64,000 nt of DNA from Eledone cirrhosa (lineage: Eukaryota). Positions 41,201 to 50,040 of the stretch are shown piece by piece. The stretch lies in contig OZ024747.1 in assembly GCA_964016885.1 (NCBI GenBank), forward strand, positions 6,944,001 through 7,008,000, in the 5' to 3' direction. Under the pieces are notes generated by a model. That model was not told the origin of the DNA. It did no database searches and worked only from the letters and a program-made list of their open reading frames with translations. The first letter of the stretch is position 1. The number at the start of each line of letters is the position of its first letter. A program made the position numbers and the translations under genes.

Positions 41201-43317
41201 ATCACCACTGTCCAGGAAAAAAATAGAATTATCTGTATCACTTTCATCCTCCTCTTCCTCCTCCTCCTCATCATCATCATCCTCTTCCTCGCCATTATGG
41301 TCATCATTACCATCCTCATTGTTACCGTTATCAGATGCTCCATTATCACCACCGAAAGCATCACCCTCATCAATCATATCACCAAATCCACCAACTGTCC
41401 AGTTACCATCATCTACATTGCCACCAAAATGTGGTCCAATGTTGACATAGATAGTAGAAAACACACTACACCTTACCTCTTTGCTGACAGCGTTACTGTT
41501 TGACCTCAAGTTATGCACATATCCAAACGTTGTATTTGTACATTCAGTGAAGTTTGTGGCATATGTCTGAAATGTTGATTTCCCAATACTGGCCGTATCA
41601 TGATCTGTTATATCCATGCTACAGCTGTTGGCAGCATTCAGTTTAGCAACGGCAGCTTCTGTTAATCCACTGTTACCTGCAGATACAATCAACATCACAT
41701 TTCATTTGGCTTTCCCAATAATAATAATAATAATAAAGGTTTTATAAAGGTAATATCAAATATACTGCAACATATATAACCTAGTTGTGTGAGTGTAAAT
41801 TACCCCTACTTTGTATAGTGCACCATATCTGTAATCTCTCCATGTATAATGAGCACACAACACCATGACATAGCTCACAGCTATGAAGGTTTAGCTAGCC
41901 TCCTACAAAGTTGCACATGGAAATCATCATCATCGTTTAACGTCTATCTTCCACACTAGCATGGGTTATAGAACTCATCTGTAATCTCTCCATGTACTGT
42001 AATCAATTCATTTTTATATATTCATATTCATGTACCCCATGTATAATGAGATGCACTACATGTGTACTCGCCCATATAATATGAGATGTACATTTGTACT
42101 ATACCCATGTATGATGAGATGTACATTTAATCTCCCCATTTATATATACGCTACCTCCATGTAATGTAGGCTGCACTATAAAGTCTATAACCTGCTCATG
42201 TATAATGAGTTGCATTATATCATTAACCTATCTGTTATATGAGGCAGCAAGTTGATAGGACATCAGATAGAATGTTTTGAGGTTCTGGCTCTGATCCCCA
42301 AACCTGCAGAGATCAACTTTGCCTTTATCCTTCTGAGGTTGATAAATAAATACCAGTCCAGTATTGGGACAGATTCTTCCTCTCTACCTCTCTCTCCTTT
42401 TCTGAAGAAGAAATGGTCTCTGCCAGGGTCAAACTGCCCAAGACATGCTGTATATTAATTCTGCACTCTCATGATTCCACCAGGTGTTACGGGTTTATAC
42501 ATACATGTATAATGAGATATACCACACCTTATATAACCTACCTATGTATATTAGGTGTACCACAAATAAACCTACCTATACGATAATGTTGACTATCTCC
42601 CTGTAATGAGTGTGTACCACAATATATATAATCTATCTATACATGAGGAGACTATGTCCATGTTATGTGAGGTATATCACAAGTTACCCATGTAATGAGA
42701 TTGTGCCACCGCATCAGTAATTTACCCAAATATGAGTTGGACAACAAGCTAGTCATGTAATAATAGCTGTCCCACATGTAATATGAGTGGTTTCACATAT
42801 GTAACTTACCTATGTATAAATATTTAGTTTCTACAGCATCTTCGTGATATTACATAATTTTTCCTAACATAAAAAAATCCCTTTCTGACTAATTTTAGCA
42901 ACGAAATATTAATTTATTCCTTAAAAAGCTATAAATGATAATCACACACACAAAAGAAAATAAATAAACAACGTTTACTTGCTATTTGATAGTGACAAAA
43001 TGAATTAAAAAAAAAATAATAATAAAAATAACCCCCAAAATCAGGCAAATTTCATAATTCGTTCAGTAAAAATACTCAAAACATTATATTACACAAGATT
43101 ATAATTTTTCGGAGTATTTACCCGATCTTTAGATATGAAATATTTAAAAATATTTATGATTTTAAATGAATTTACCTTTCGTGTAGCCTTGTCCAACTTT
43201 GTCGCGATGTCCTCGGAAAGATGGGTTACTGGTACAACTTTGTCCACGTTTCCAACGAGCAGCATTTCGTTTTGCCTTCATTCCATGAGTCCTTTTGTTC
43301 TTCTTTAAAGGACGCAT
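6576..43317 (-). CDS. RRP12: RRP12-like protein (ribosomal RNA processing 12; HEAT-repeat/NUC173 ribosome biogenesis factor), 34 coding exons, 1299 aa
   Basis: All 34 GT-AG exons join in phase to 3900 nt. Motifs match animal RRP12 as recalled: [90 protein letters not shown]. Confidence 0.97.
7470..7810 (+). mobile_element. tRNA-derived SINE with CORE-like middle and RTE-derived tail
   Basis: B-box-like gagttcaattc, ccttgagcaagacacttt core, and a tail matching the LINE 3' UTR at 5925-6160 ending in (TGA)n. A close inverted copy lies at 31081-31460. Confidence 0.75.
8506..8588 (-). CDS. RRP12: RRP12 exon 33
   Basis: [20 protein letters not shown]...LNKR. Confidence 0.95.
9253..9341 (-). CDS. 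RRP12: RRP12 exon 32
   Basis: [10 protein letters not shown]...GSEYKSK. Confidence 0.94.
9925..9994 (-). CDS. RRP12: RRP12 exon 31
   Basis: SDQSRKRKYSATENTEHSGSKYV; phase-consistent. Confidence 0.85.
10814..10989 (+). mobile_element. tRNA-derived SINE family A (Nin/Deu-like central domain)
   Basis: gggcggtgga..ggcagtatcggtagagg head, ctttcatccttacggggt core, gtagaaacaattatt tail; more than 10 copies in the window. Confidence 0.8.
11028..11104 (-). CDS. RRP12: RRP12 exon 30
   Basis: Acidic DEKDSDSSEDDNSAEEVLQSMVTKMK; phase-consistent. Confidence 0.85.
11474..11710 (-). mobile_element. Non-LTR retrotransposon (RTE-like) ORF2 C-terminal fragment
   Basis: RLRLAGHAHRHPELTLQSVLLWEPLHGHAGRGRPKLTYVD...DRDRWR. 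Confidence 0.8.
11824..11925 (-). CDS. RRP12: RRP12 exon 29
   Basis: TTKPSKSG...YNVAPDGRLLIGEDDD. Confidence 0.92.
12282..12472 (-). CDS. RRP12: RRP12 exon 28
   Basis: SIEDILTAFDSDEDD...AWLKENTDDNITDFMD. Confidence 0.93.
12849..13007 (-). CDS. RRP12: RRP12 exon 27
   Basis: YKEIYDLSSDSIRKVLNNIQK. Confidence 0.92.
13072..13505. repeat. 31-bp minisatellite, about 14 copies
   Basis: Unit cagatctagactcaccaaccaactgaacYaa. Confidence 0.97.
13950..14041 (-). CDS. RRP12: RRP12 exon 26
   Basis: KQHFRFKTKVIYSKLIRRFG. Confidence 0.93.
14739..14896 (-). CDS. RRP12: RRP12 exon 25
   Basis: LLMSKTHEIVKATLSYLQV...HLEKI. Confidence 0.93.
15121..15291. mobile_element. hAT-type MITE
   Basis: TIRs taggcatgtcaaac / gtttgacatgcctg; imperfect 8-bp TSD atttagac / ggttagac. 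Confidence 0.75.
15943..16050 (-). CDS. RRP12: RRP12 exon 24
   Basis: ILTQYFHLIFAGFGGTP...CVIFEFK. Confidence 0.92.
16036..16207. repeat. 86-bp tandem duplication spanning the RRP12 exon 24 acceptor
   Basis: 16036-16121 equals 16122-16207 with one substitution. Confidence 0.95.
16475..16589 (-). CDS. RRP12: RRP12 exon 23
   Basis: AILCTREAGYRARRAAYSLLTEM. Confidence 0.93.
16625..17125. repeat. 46/57-bp minisatellite, about 9 units
   Basis: Core gtatagctctatagctactggcctgcagtagataaacagtggt; spacings 46,46,57,46,57,46,57,46. Confidence 0.95.
17306..17386 (-). CDS. RRP12: RRP12 exon 22
   Basis: [13 protein letters not shown]...AIIPE. Confidence 0.94.
17735..17893 (-). CDS. RRP12: RRP12 exon 21
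   Basis: ASYHSLQKKCYRLLEEI...ALPSKG. Confidence 0.94.
18267..18473. mobile_element. TTAA-flanked MITE, copy 2
   Basis: TTAA|ccctttagcattta ... taaatgctaaaggg|TTAA. Confidence 0.85.
18996..19089 (-). CDS. RRP12: RRP12 exon 20
   Basis: CILLDLCILMTSSANTAQVKSLFQLASSNLK. Confidence 0.9.
19397..19458 (-). CDS. RRP12: RRP12 exon 19
   Basis: LIQQYIDTSLAQIEEKDEVKR; phase-consistent. Confidence 0.88.
19786..19940 (-). CDS. RRP12: RRP12 exon 18
   Basis: [21 protein letters not shown]. Confidence 0.95.
20754..20865 (-). CDS. RRP12: RRP12 exon 17
   Basis: SFKSIARTLGSVVNDRPHLRSCVLSSLRKLI. Confidence 0.94.
21372..21487 (-). CDS. RRP12: RRP12 exon 16
   Basis: KSYSTLVVQFWSLLPSFCNNPTDLKT. Confidence 0.94.
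21525..21707. repeat. 92-bp tandem duplication in RRP12 intron 15
   Basis: aaagctcatcaacactgtc...cactctccc occurs twice. Confidence 0.9.
21730..21918 (-). mobile_element. SINE family A with 16-bp TSD
   Basis: Full-length copy; TSD tatctaaagaaataat at 21714-21729 and 21919-21934. Confidence 0.88.
21954..22075 (-). CDS. RRP12: RRP12 exon 15
   Basis: [33 protein letters not shown]. Confidence 0.93.
22473..22609 (-). CDS. RRP12: RRP12 exon 14
   Basis: TLDSLSTMRD...IDQAVGCGIKSMGPKCVLEIIPL. Confidence 0.92.
22636..24122. repeat. 30-bp minisatellite filling RRP12 intron 13
   Basis: Unit gtatataaKatattactgtRttgtagagtg, about 48 copies. Confidence 0.98.
24171..24206 (-). CDS. RRP12: RRP12 exon 13 (36 nt)
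   Basis: VIGSRYPDLMKP; CAG and GTGAGT boundaries. Confidence 0.88.
24335..24961 (+). mobile_element. Non-autonomous Helitron
   Basis: 5' end A|TCTATATATATAAAA, subterminal ccgtgcaacgccggg hairpin, 3' end CTAG|T, internal triplicated gcccgcattaggtgaaaaact. Confidence 0.8.
25569..25745 (-). CDS. RRP12: RRP12 exon 12
   Basis: EVFRECV...GLNYQYHIAWKHVISVLTIMLE. Confidence 0.93.
25829..26447. repeat. 33/34-bp GC-rich minisatellite, about 18 copies
   Basis: Unit ccaggagctagttgccaggtcatctgtggcgccc. Confidence 0.97.
27110..27221 (-). CDS. RRP12: RRP12 exon 11
   Basis: QDIELGQNHLPKLV...TAANILM. Confidence 0.92.
27425..27516 (-). CDS. RRP12: RRP12 exon 10
   Basis: ALYDYQPLMTDTQPSCAWLTVM. Confidence 0.93.
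28178..28276 (-). CDS. RRP12: RRP12 exon 9
   Basis: LVIACCMQCLYGL...LNAQLIT. Confidence 0.93.
28386..29523. repeat. About 41-bp minisatellite filling RRP12 intron 8
   Basis: Unit acacctgtagttacacacacatcaatgtcacagacagtaac, about 27 copies. Confidence 0.97.
29567..29694 (-). CDS. RRP12: RRP12 exon 8
   Basis: GSDAVTTLHVLML...CETILKVMTLATP. Confidence 0.93.
30554..30692 (-). CDS. RRP12: RRP12 exon 7
   Basis: IRKLSQGGVENILK...YHPMAPLTAKHCIKKIEESG. Confidence 0.93.
31081..31460 (-). mobile_element. tRNA/CORE-like SINE with RTE tail (inverted relative to 7470-7810)
   Basis: Reverse-complement match to 7470-7810. Confidence 0.75.
31777..31893 (-). CDS. RRP12: RRP12 exon 6
   Basis: LLRCLSHLLCAQ...LAFVTHRKPK. 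Confidence 0.93.
32025..32130 (-). CDS. RRP12: RRP12 exon 5
   Basis: VPDAVLINRFSEVSKKLLG...MVKS. Confidence 0.92.
32273..32727 (+). mobile_element. Second non-autonomous Helitron-like element
   Basis: 5' end A|TCTAAACTATAATAAAG, 14-bp terminal hairpin tagcagaaaaccac / gtggttttctgcta, 3' end CTAG|T, in a (TA)n context. Confidence 0.65.
33149..33225 (-). CDS. RRP12: RRP12 exon 4
   Basis: VTALDTMDIEDGLTATLYLLGVVISK. Confidence 0.9.
33332..33363. repeat. Perfect 32-bp palindrome
   Basis: acacaggaattcaaac|gtttgaattcctgtgt. Confidence 0.95.
34204..35522. repeat. 25-bp minisatellite, about 52 copies
   Basis: Unit aagtgtaagtggtatataatgtaat. Confidence 0.98.
35542..35625 (-). CDS. RRP12: RRP12 exon 3
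   Basis: [28 protein letters not shown]. Confidence 0.95.
37700..41440 (-). pseudogene. Decayed piggyBac (PGBD2/3-like) transposase in RRP12 intron 2
   Basis: Minus-strand remnants in the expected order: acidic N-terminus (41123-41440), ILLSVFVFSWYV (about 39080-39120), GGHEHIPFIQTKPI...E*SGK (38557-38664), VDNYF (38139-38153). Frames are broken and the limits are approximate. Confidence 0.5.
39614..39973 (+). mobile_element. tRNA-derived SINE (CORE-like), different tail
   Basis: tggcttagtgg A-box, gagttcgattc B-box, ctttgagcaagacacttt core. Confidence 0.75.
41477..41676 (-). CDS. RRP12: RRP12 exon 2
   Basis: GNSGLTEAAVAKLN...ECTNTTFGYV...SNSNAVSKE; AG/GT boundaries. Confidence 0.92.
43176..43317 (-). 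CDS. RRP12: RRP12 exon 1
   Basis: ATG at 43317; [38 protein letters not shown] donor. Confidence 0.9.
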
Positions 43318-43404
43318 TATAAATTCTAACTATTACTAATTTAATAAAAGTAAAGTTAAATACATACACATATATTATGTATAGGATATGCCTGATAGTT
43401 TACG

Positions 43405-43438
43405 CACGTGTATGGAGAATATATTCAAACCGGAAGTG
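43405..43438. promoter_or_regulatory. RRP12 proximal promoter: E-box plus ETS motif
   Basis: CACGTG at 43405-43410 and ACCGGAAGTG at 43429-43438, 88-121 bp upstream of the ATG. Confidence 0.65.
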
Positions 43439-43715
43439 TAAAGAGTTATTCGACAGAGGAACATTAAAAACGGAGAGTAATGTGGAATTGTGTGATTAGA
43501 TGGGGCTCCAGGCGAACAAATTATTATAATTGTTGTTAATTAACTCTAGTTCAGCCCTGATACAGCAGACCCATGATCTGAGGCTTAGCACATCTGTGAC
43601 TTCATTATACAATGTGTTCTTATTTATTTTAAAAGATGATAAGGCGTGATTTGACAGCTTTTTATAGTCTGACGATCAACTACGCCGAGGTTTATAAATT
43701 GCATCGCATTATTGT

Positions 43716-44058
43716 GTGGATTGGCAGTATCGGTAGAGGTTCGGACGCCATGCTTTGACGCATAGAGTTACGGCCCTTGCCATTCTGAGTTCAAATCCCG
43801 CCGAGGTTAACTTTGCCTTTCATCCTTACGGGGTCGATAAAATAAAGTACCAGTAATGTACTGGGTAATTTTCTGGCCTTGTGCCAATAGTAGAAACAAT
43901 TATTGTAGTGTTAATTGTATAGTTACGTCCCTTTACGATCTGAGTTCAAGTCCCGCCGAGGTTGACTTTACCTTTCATCCTTACGGGGTCGATAAAATAA
44001 AGTAGCAGTAAGGCACTGGGTAATTACTGGCCTTGTGCCTAAAGTAGAAACAATTATT
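43716..44058 (+). mobile_element. SINE family A, tandem pair (near-full copy plus 5'-truncated copy)
   Basis: Two consecutive bodies, each ending gtagaaacaattattgtagtgttaattgtat. Confidence 0.85.
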
Positions 44059-44386
44059 GTAGTGTTAATTGTATGTGTTTATTTACACATTGATATCTTT
44101 CCTTTGATTTCACTTTATTTATTCACTTCCATTATATTGTATATAACTATAAGAGTCATAAGTAAATAATCCAATTTATTTGTATTAAAAAAATCATTAA
44201 GGAAAGAAATCATTTATACCAAGGGCAATAACTCAGTGTTTTAACCACCCAACGCACACACGCACTTGGTATAACTTTACCATCTTCATCTTTCAACACT
44301 TTATACTTGTTACACACACACACAGACAGACAGACACACACACAGACACACTGACACACAGACACACATACAGAGACACACATACA

Positions 44387-44430
<44 letters not shown>

Positions 44431-44445
44431 CACATGTATACACTG

Positions 44446-44478
<33 letters not shown>

Positions 44479-44520
44479 CATACACACACTGACACACACA
44501 GATATAGGCTAAAGAGTGAA

Positions 44521-44721
44521 AATAATTGTTTCTACTCTTGGCACAAGGCCAGCAATTACTCCAGTACATTACTGGTACTTTATTTTATCGACCCCGTAAG
44601 GATGAAAGCCAAAATTAACCTCGGTTGAATTTGAACTCAGATAATAAAGGGCCGTAACTCTATGCTGCAAAACACTACCAATACTGGTGTCTGACACTAC
44701 CAATACTGCCAATCCACTGCC
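44521..44721 (-). mobile_element. SINE family A
   Basis: Reverse copy flanked by taaaKagtgaaaataat direct repeats. Confidence 0.85.
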
Positions 44722-45078
44722 TAAATAGTGAAAATAATGTGTAATAAAATTGACATCAATTTTATTTAAATGAGAGTGGGGGAGCGGAGATGAAAAATGA
44801 ATGAAATCAATGTGGTTGATTCCCGCAGTCAAGACACTTCACTCAAAGGCTGCCCTTCCCACCTAGCTAGGGACCTGGTTGTGTAATGCGAGACCACCCT
44901 TCCCACTGGAACCAAATATAGCACTGTAAAAGTACAAATGTTTCCTTAGTTTGAAGCCATAGGTCAATCTCTCAATAAGAGAGCGTCCAGGTGGTCGCTC
45001 AACCCACTAGAAATAGCAGCCGGAGCTTCCTCAATTTACACCCTACGATATTGCTTCTAACAATGAGATAGGTGTTAG

Positions 45079-45162
<84 letters not shown>

Positions 45163-45818
45163 GACCCCAGTACTTGAATGGTACTTTATTTCTCGATCCT
45201 GTAGAAGTGACAAGCAAAGTTAGCCTCAGCGGGATTTGAACTCACTTCAAGGCATTTTAACTGACGTTTTAAAGACTGCTGATTCGTTGCTTTACTGAGT
45301 TAGTGTGTTAGTGAGTGTGTTAGTATGTTAGAGAGTGTGTTAGTGACTGAGTTAGTGTGTTCGTGAGTGTGTTAGTGTGTTCGTGAGTGTGTTAGTGTGT
45401 TCGTGAGTGTGTTAGTGTGTTAGTGAGTAAATTAGTTAGTTAATATATTTGTATGTTTGCCAGTTAATATGTTAATAAACTATTTATTATATTACTGAAT
45501 TTGATAAACAAGGAAGTTTGACCAGGAGACAATGGCGAGAACACTGCCCCCCCCCCCCCATGACGTAAAGACTTGCAATTACTCTAAAGACAAACAATTA
45601 ATCTCAAATATTTGTTTTCAGACTGTATCAGACGATTTCCGGGTATATTTCAGTACAAAGCGGTCAGTTTCATGGATGATGTATGGAGTTTGAGTGCAAC
45701 ACATCAATTAGATAGATGTCTGCGAACGATATGATTCTACGAAGGGGAAAATACAATAGGAGCAAACGAAAAAAGCTTCTATGCAGTCGCTCTACTTGCT
45801 TGAAATAACAACCAAATA

Positions 45819-45990
45819 CAGTGAAATTCCGTTAAAACGAAATTCCGTTAAAACGAAATTCACGGAGTATAAAAAGAACGACCGAAACAAATCAAAGCGT
45901 TTGTTTGTTATTACTTCGGGGATTGAACAAAATTTCGTTACACTGAAAAATTCGTTATAATGGCATTCGTTTATATCGGAATTTTACCTG
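45819..45990. mobile_element. Tc1/mariner (pogo/Tigger-like) MITE
   Basis: TA|cagtgaaattccg ... cggaattttacctg|TA with subterminal ttcgtta repeats. Confidence 0.7.
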
Positions 45991-46056
45991 TACCTTTACA
46001 ACCACTCCATATCATTTCGTCATATGACAGGTCTTTTAAAAGACGACCATGATCCA

Positions 46057-46922
46057 TGTGATGGATATGTCGAAGCCATCTAAGGCGTCGTTGGTGTAGG
46101 AAAAAGCGAACACAGAAAGGATCCCTGGTTTGGTACATCTATAACGGAATACTCCTATGTTTTACCGGCGAAGATTCGAACCGAATCTGAGGTTTCTCGC
46201 CTCTGGGACCACCTATTGTTGGAAGTTCCCACGGTTGTCCTGTCAAGAAACAAAGAAACAGTATGATAAACGTACATACCACTTGACCTGTGACCCCAGC
46301 TTGTAGACAGAAGAAACACAGATAACTGATCATAAATCAACCCCATATACACATCCTTCTAGCTATAGGGTTATTATAAATACAAGGACTTGGGGAACCC
46401 AGCAGCCAGACTACGAAGCAAGCAGTCCGTGTTAAGGTTAATGATGTAGCAGACCTTTTATTCTTTCTCTCTCCTGGCCTTACTGGCTTTTACCTTCTCG
46501 GCCACAGACTACTGCCAGACAGCCAGACCATCGAAGCAGCAGTCCTTGAGAGAATAAAGATGTAGCCAATTCACTTTTACTGTCTCTCTCTCTCTTGGCC
46601 TCACTGGCTCTCACCTCGGCCACGGACTACGCCAACAGACAAGAGACCACGAAGCAGTAGTCCTTGAGACGAATAACGTATACTAAGAACACCCCCCCCC
46701 CCACACACACACAAACACACACACACACAGAGTAAGTTTCATCTATTCTTCCGTCTCCCTGTCATATTGTATCGTCGTATTGATACATGCATACACGCTA
46801 GCTCGAAGTAGCTAGTCAGCAAATTAATGTAGTGATAATTGCTGCCACAAGTTTGTTATTCGATGCTCAATGTACCAGCAAGCGAATATTGTTATTGTAA
46901 AATAAACATTGTCAACATCACA
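46057..46922 (+). mobile_element. Probable solo LTR
   Basis: Inverted ends TGTGATG...CATCACA, TATAAA at about 46375, three diverged ~120-bp subrepeats (46400-46680), AATAAA at 46901. No clear TSD. Confidence 0.5.
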
Positions 46923-47934
46923 ATTCTGGCATTCTTTTTATCAAACATCCATCAAAGAATATAATTTATCTCACTACACGTCATTACTCCAAACCCTATC
47001 CTACCATTTGATACTAAAGATTCTGTTCAGGCACCTCATATGAAATGCATAAAGTTTGGGTTCCTTTAAAGAGCATGTTGTTCACGACCCGCATTACAGG
47101 AACGTGCTGAGAATATGCTTTCTACATATCGACATTGCCAACTGTTCAAGGCTGCATATCTTCCCATACTTTCTTAGTAAGTCTTGAGAGAATATCAGTT
47201 GCTTTGCTGATGCACTTCTTGTGCTCTGAAACTCGGGTGAGGTTTACTGAAACTTATGTTTCATATCCTATTCTTTATCTTTGATATTAAAGCAAAAAGG
47301 AGATGGAGTGATTTGGCCCACAACTTGGGTTTTCTTGAGAGTGATTGTGTGTAAAATTAGCTGCAAGGTTCCGAGAATCTATTCATAAAGTTTTGTAAGT
47401 CTTTTGTTGAGTTTGAAGAGATATCTTAGTCTGACTGGATCATCAACACACAGCACATCTCTAGTGATATCTTACCTGATCTTAGATTTAATCTTTAGTC
47501 TGGCTATATTTTAGAGCCGAGCATCAGAGTCTTGAGTGGAGGTAAACTTTATTGGTTGAAAATTCGAACGCAAGTTTCAGGAGCAGCGCAAAAAAGATAT
47601 TAAAAATATATATTTGTTTCCTTATATACAAGATTTTTTCTGTTAGCACATTATATAAATCAGTCTCGTCCGTCTTAAAGATGAAACCTCTATACGGTTG
47701 CTTGACTCGCTAGACATAATAGCCAAATCTTTCTTAAATATCACACAATATCACACACATACATATATTTATATCTCATATCTCTCTGTATAATCTAACT
47801 ATTGTTAGCTCCCTAAGTTTATGGGTTCGGGGCTGATAATGAAAAGGTTATTAACTGGTTTTAGCCTTTCACACCAGACCCCACACTATCTATTTATTCA
47901 TTCTTTTCCTCCTTTCTTCTATATCTCATGTGTT

Positions 47935-48026
<92 letters not shown>

Positions 48027-48079
48027 TGAAACAAAATGAAAACGAAATTTCATTTCTCACTCTTAGTATGGCACTTACT

Positions 48080-48147
48080 TAAATGTAAGTATGCATGTAT
48101 ACGTACATACATATATGTATGTACGTATACATGCATACTTACATTTA
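48080..48147. repeat. Perfect 68-bp palindrome
   Basis: taaatgtaagtatgcatgtatacgtacatacata|tatgtatgtacgtatacatgcatacttacattta. Confidence 0.95.
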
Positions 48148-48385
48148 TATATATATATATATACATATATATATGGCTTTCTCTGTCTCTCTCTGTCTCT
48201 TTACCTCTCTCTATGTCATTTCAAACCATCCATACCACACATTCACTTGCTTCATGAACAGATTTAAATAACTATACGAACCTCAGGTTATATCTATTTA
48301 TAATACGACTTCAACTTTACTTAATCTTAGTGACTGAGTGTGTATTATTATATTTAAAACAGTAGAAACAATTATAGTTAAAACA

Positions 48386-48768
48386 GGGCGGTGAATTGGC
48401 TGTATCGGTAGAGGGTCGGACGCCATGCTTTGTAGCATAGAGTTACGGCCCTTTATGACCTGAGTTCAAATCCTGCCGAGGTTAACTTTGCCTTTCATTC
48501 TTACGAGGTCGATAAAATAAAGTATCAGTCTAGGTCAATTTAATCGACTTTCCCCTCCCCCCAAATTGCTGACCTTGTGCCTATATAAGAAACCATTATT
48601 ATATCGGACGCCATGCTTTGATGCATAGAGTTACGGCCCTTGCCATTCTGAGTTCAAATCCCGCTGAGGTTAACTTTGCCTTTCATCCTTACGGGTTCGA
48701 TAAAATAAAATACCAGTAATGCACTGGGTATTTGCTGGCCTTGTGCCAATAGTAGAAACAATTATTAT
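48386..48768 (+). mobile_element. SINE family A, tandem pair
   Basis: Full copy at 48386-48600 followed by a 5'-truncated copy at 48605-48768. Confidence 0.85.
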
Positions 48769-49139
48769 ATCTAAAACAACAACAGTAATATCATGATACT
48801 GTAAAAAACAGAATTATTATAGAGTAAATTTATCATCTTTGACTGATGAAGGAAGAACCAAAACATACAACATACTTCTTTTGTTTCGAGTTTATATATG
48901 TGTATATATAAGTGTTTCAATGCGGACAGAGGAACGCTGGGACGCAGCTGCCAGAATGTCTTTAATCATAGATCCGCTCAATTAGTACTCACCTTGTGCT
49001 AAACAACAACAACAACAACACCATAACACACGAACACAACATCCTTAGTACGTGCCACAAACCTCTTTTAGTAACCAAGTTTAATCTTCAGTGTTCCCGG
49101 TGAAAGTACCAGTTGGTGTGAACCAGAGAGAGAGAGAGA

Positions 49140-49179
<40 letters not shown>

Positions 49180-49874
49180 AGTGGGAGAGAGAGGGGTGTG
49201 TGAGGAGGTTGCTATGAAGTTATGTTGCTATGTTTGATGTTTTAACTCCTTATCGGAGCTGACCTGTGAACACATCATGGGTTAAGAAGTTCGCATTGCA
49301 ATCATTTGATCCAGTGTTCAATCCCACTGCATGGGATCTTGGGCAAGTATCATCTACCCTAACCTCGGCCCCACCTATGCTCTGTAAGTGAAATTGGGTA
49401 GACGGAAACTGTTTGGAAGCCCGTCGGAATGATTGTAGCTCTAATTCAAACGACCAGCCTCTTGCCGTACAGTGTGTTATGCAGAATCTTCTCAAAAATT
49501 ACATAAAGGTACACGTGTCTGTGTACATGCTCAGCCACTTACACGTTAATTTCATGAGCAAGCTGTTCCGTTGATCGAACAACTGTAACACTCTTCATCG
49601 AGACCGATGGAGCTGACCTAGGATCAAATATGTTATAATCATGACAACCCCATCTTTTTCACAGACTAAAAAAAAATAAAGACGGTTGAGTTTAATATGA
49701 AGGAGACTAGGGTGTTACTTCTAGCAGTTCGAACGACCACTTCATTGGCTCGTTAAACATGCGCTGTTCTTCTTTAACCTCATGTCAACCCTGATCAAAC
49801 AAAAGCGTTCCAGCAGTGACTATACAGTCTTTTTTGTATACCGGAAACTACATCGTCTAATACATCTTTTTAGA

Positions 49875-50040
49875 TAATTGTTTCTACTTTTGGCACAAGG
49901 CCAGCAATTATTCCAGTGTATTACTGGTACTTTATTTTATCGACCCCGTAAGGATGAAAGGTAATGTTAATCTCGGTAGGATTTGAACTCAGACCATAAA
50001 AGGCCGTAACTCTATGCTGCAAAGCATAGCGTCTGACCCT
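49875..50040 (-). mobile_element. SINE family A
   Basis: Reverse copy with body and tail. Confidence 0.8.

Noticed and set aside
48838-48875. CTGATGA motif suggesting a second hammerhead
   Set aside because: No GAAA box (AAAA instead) and stems are unconvincing.
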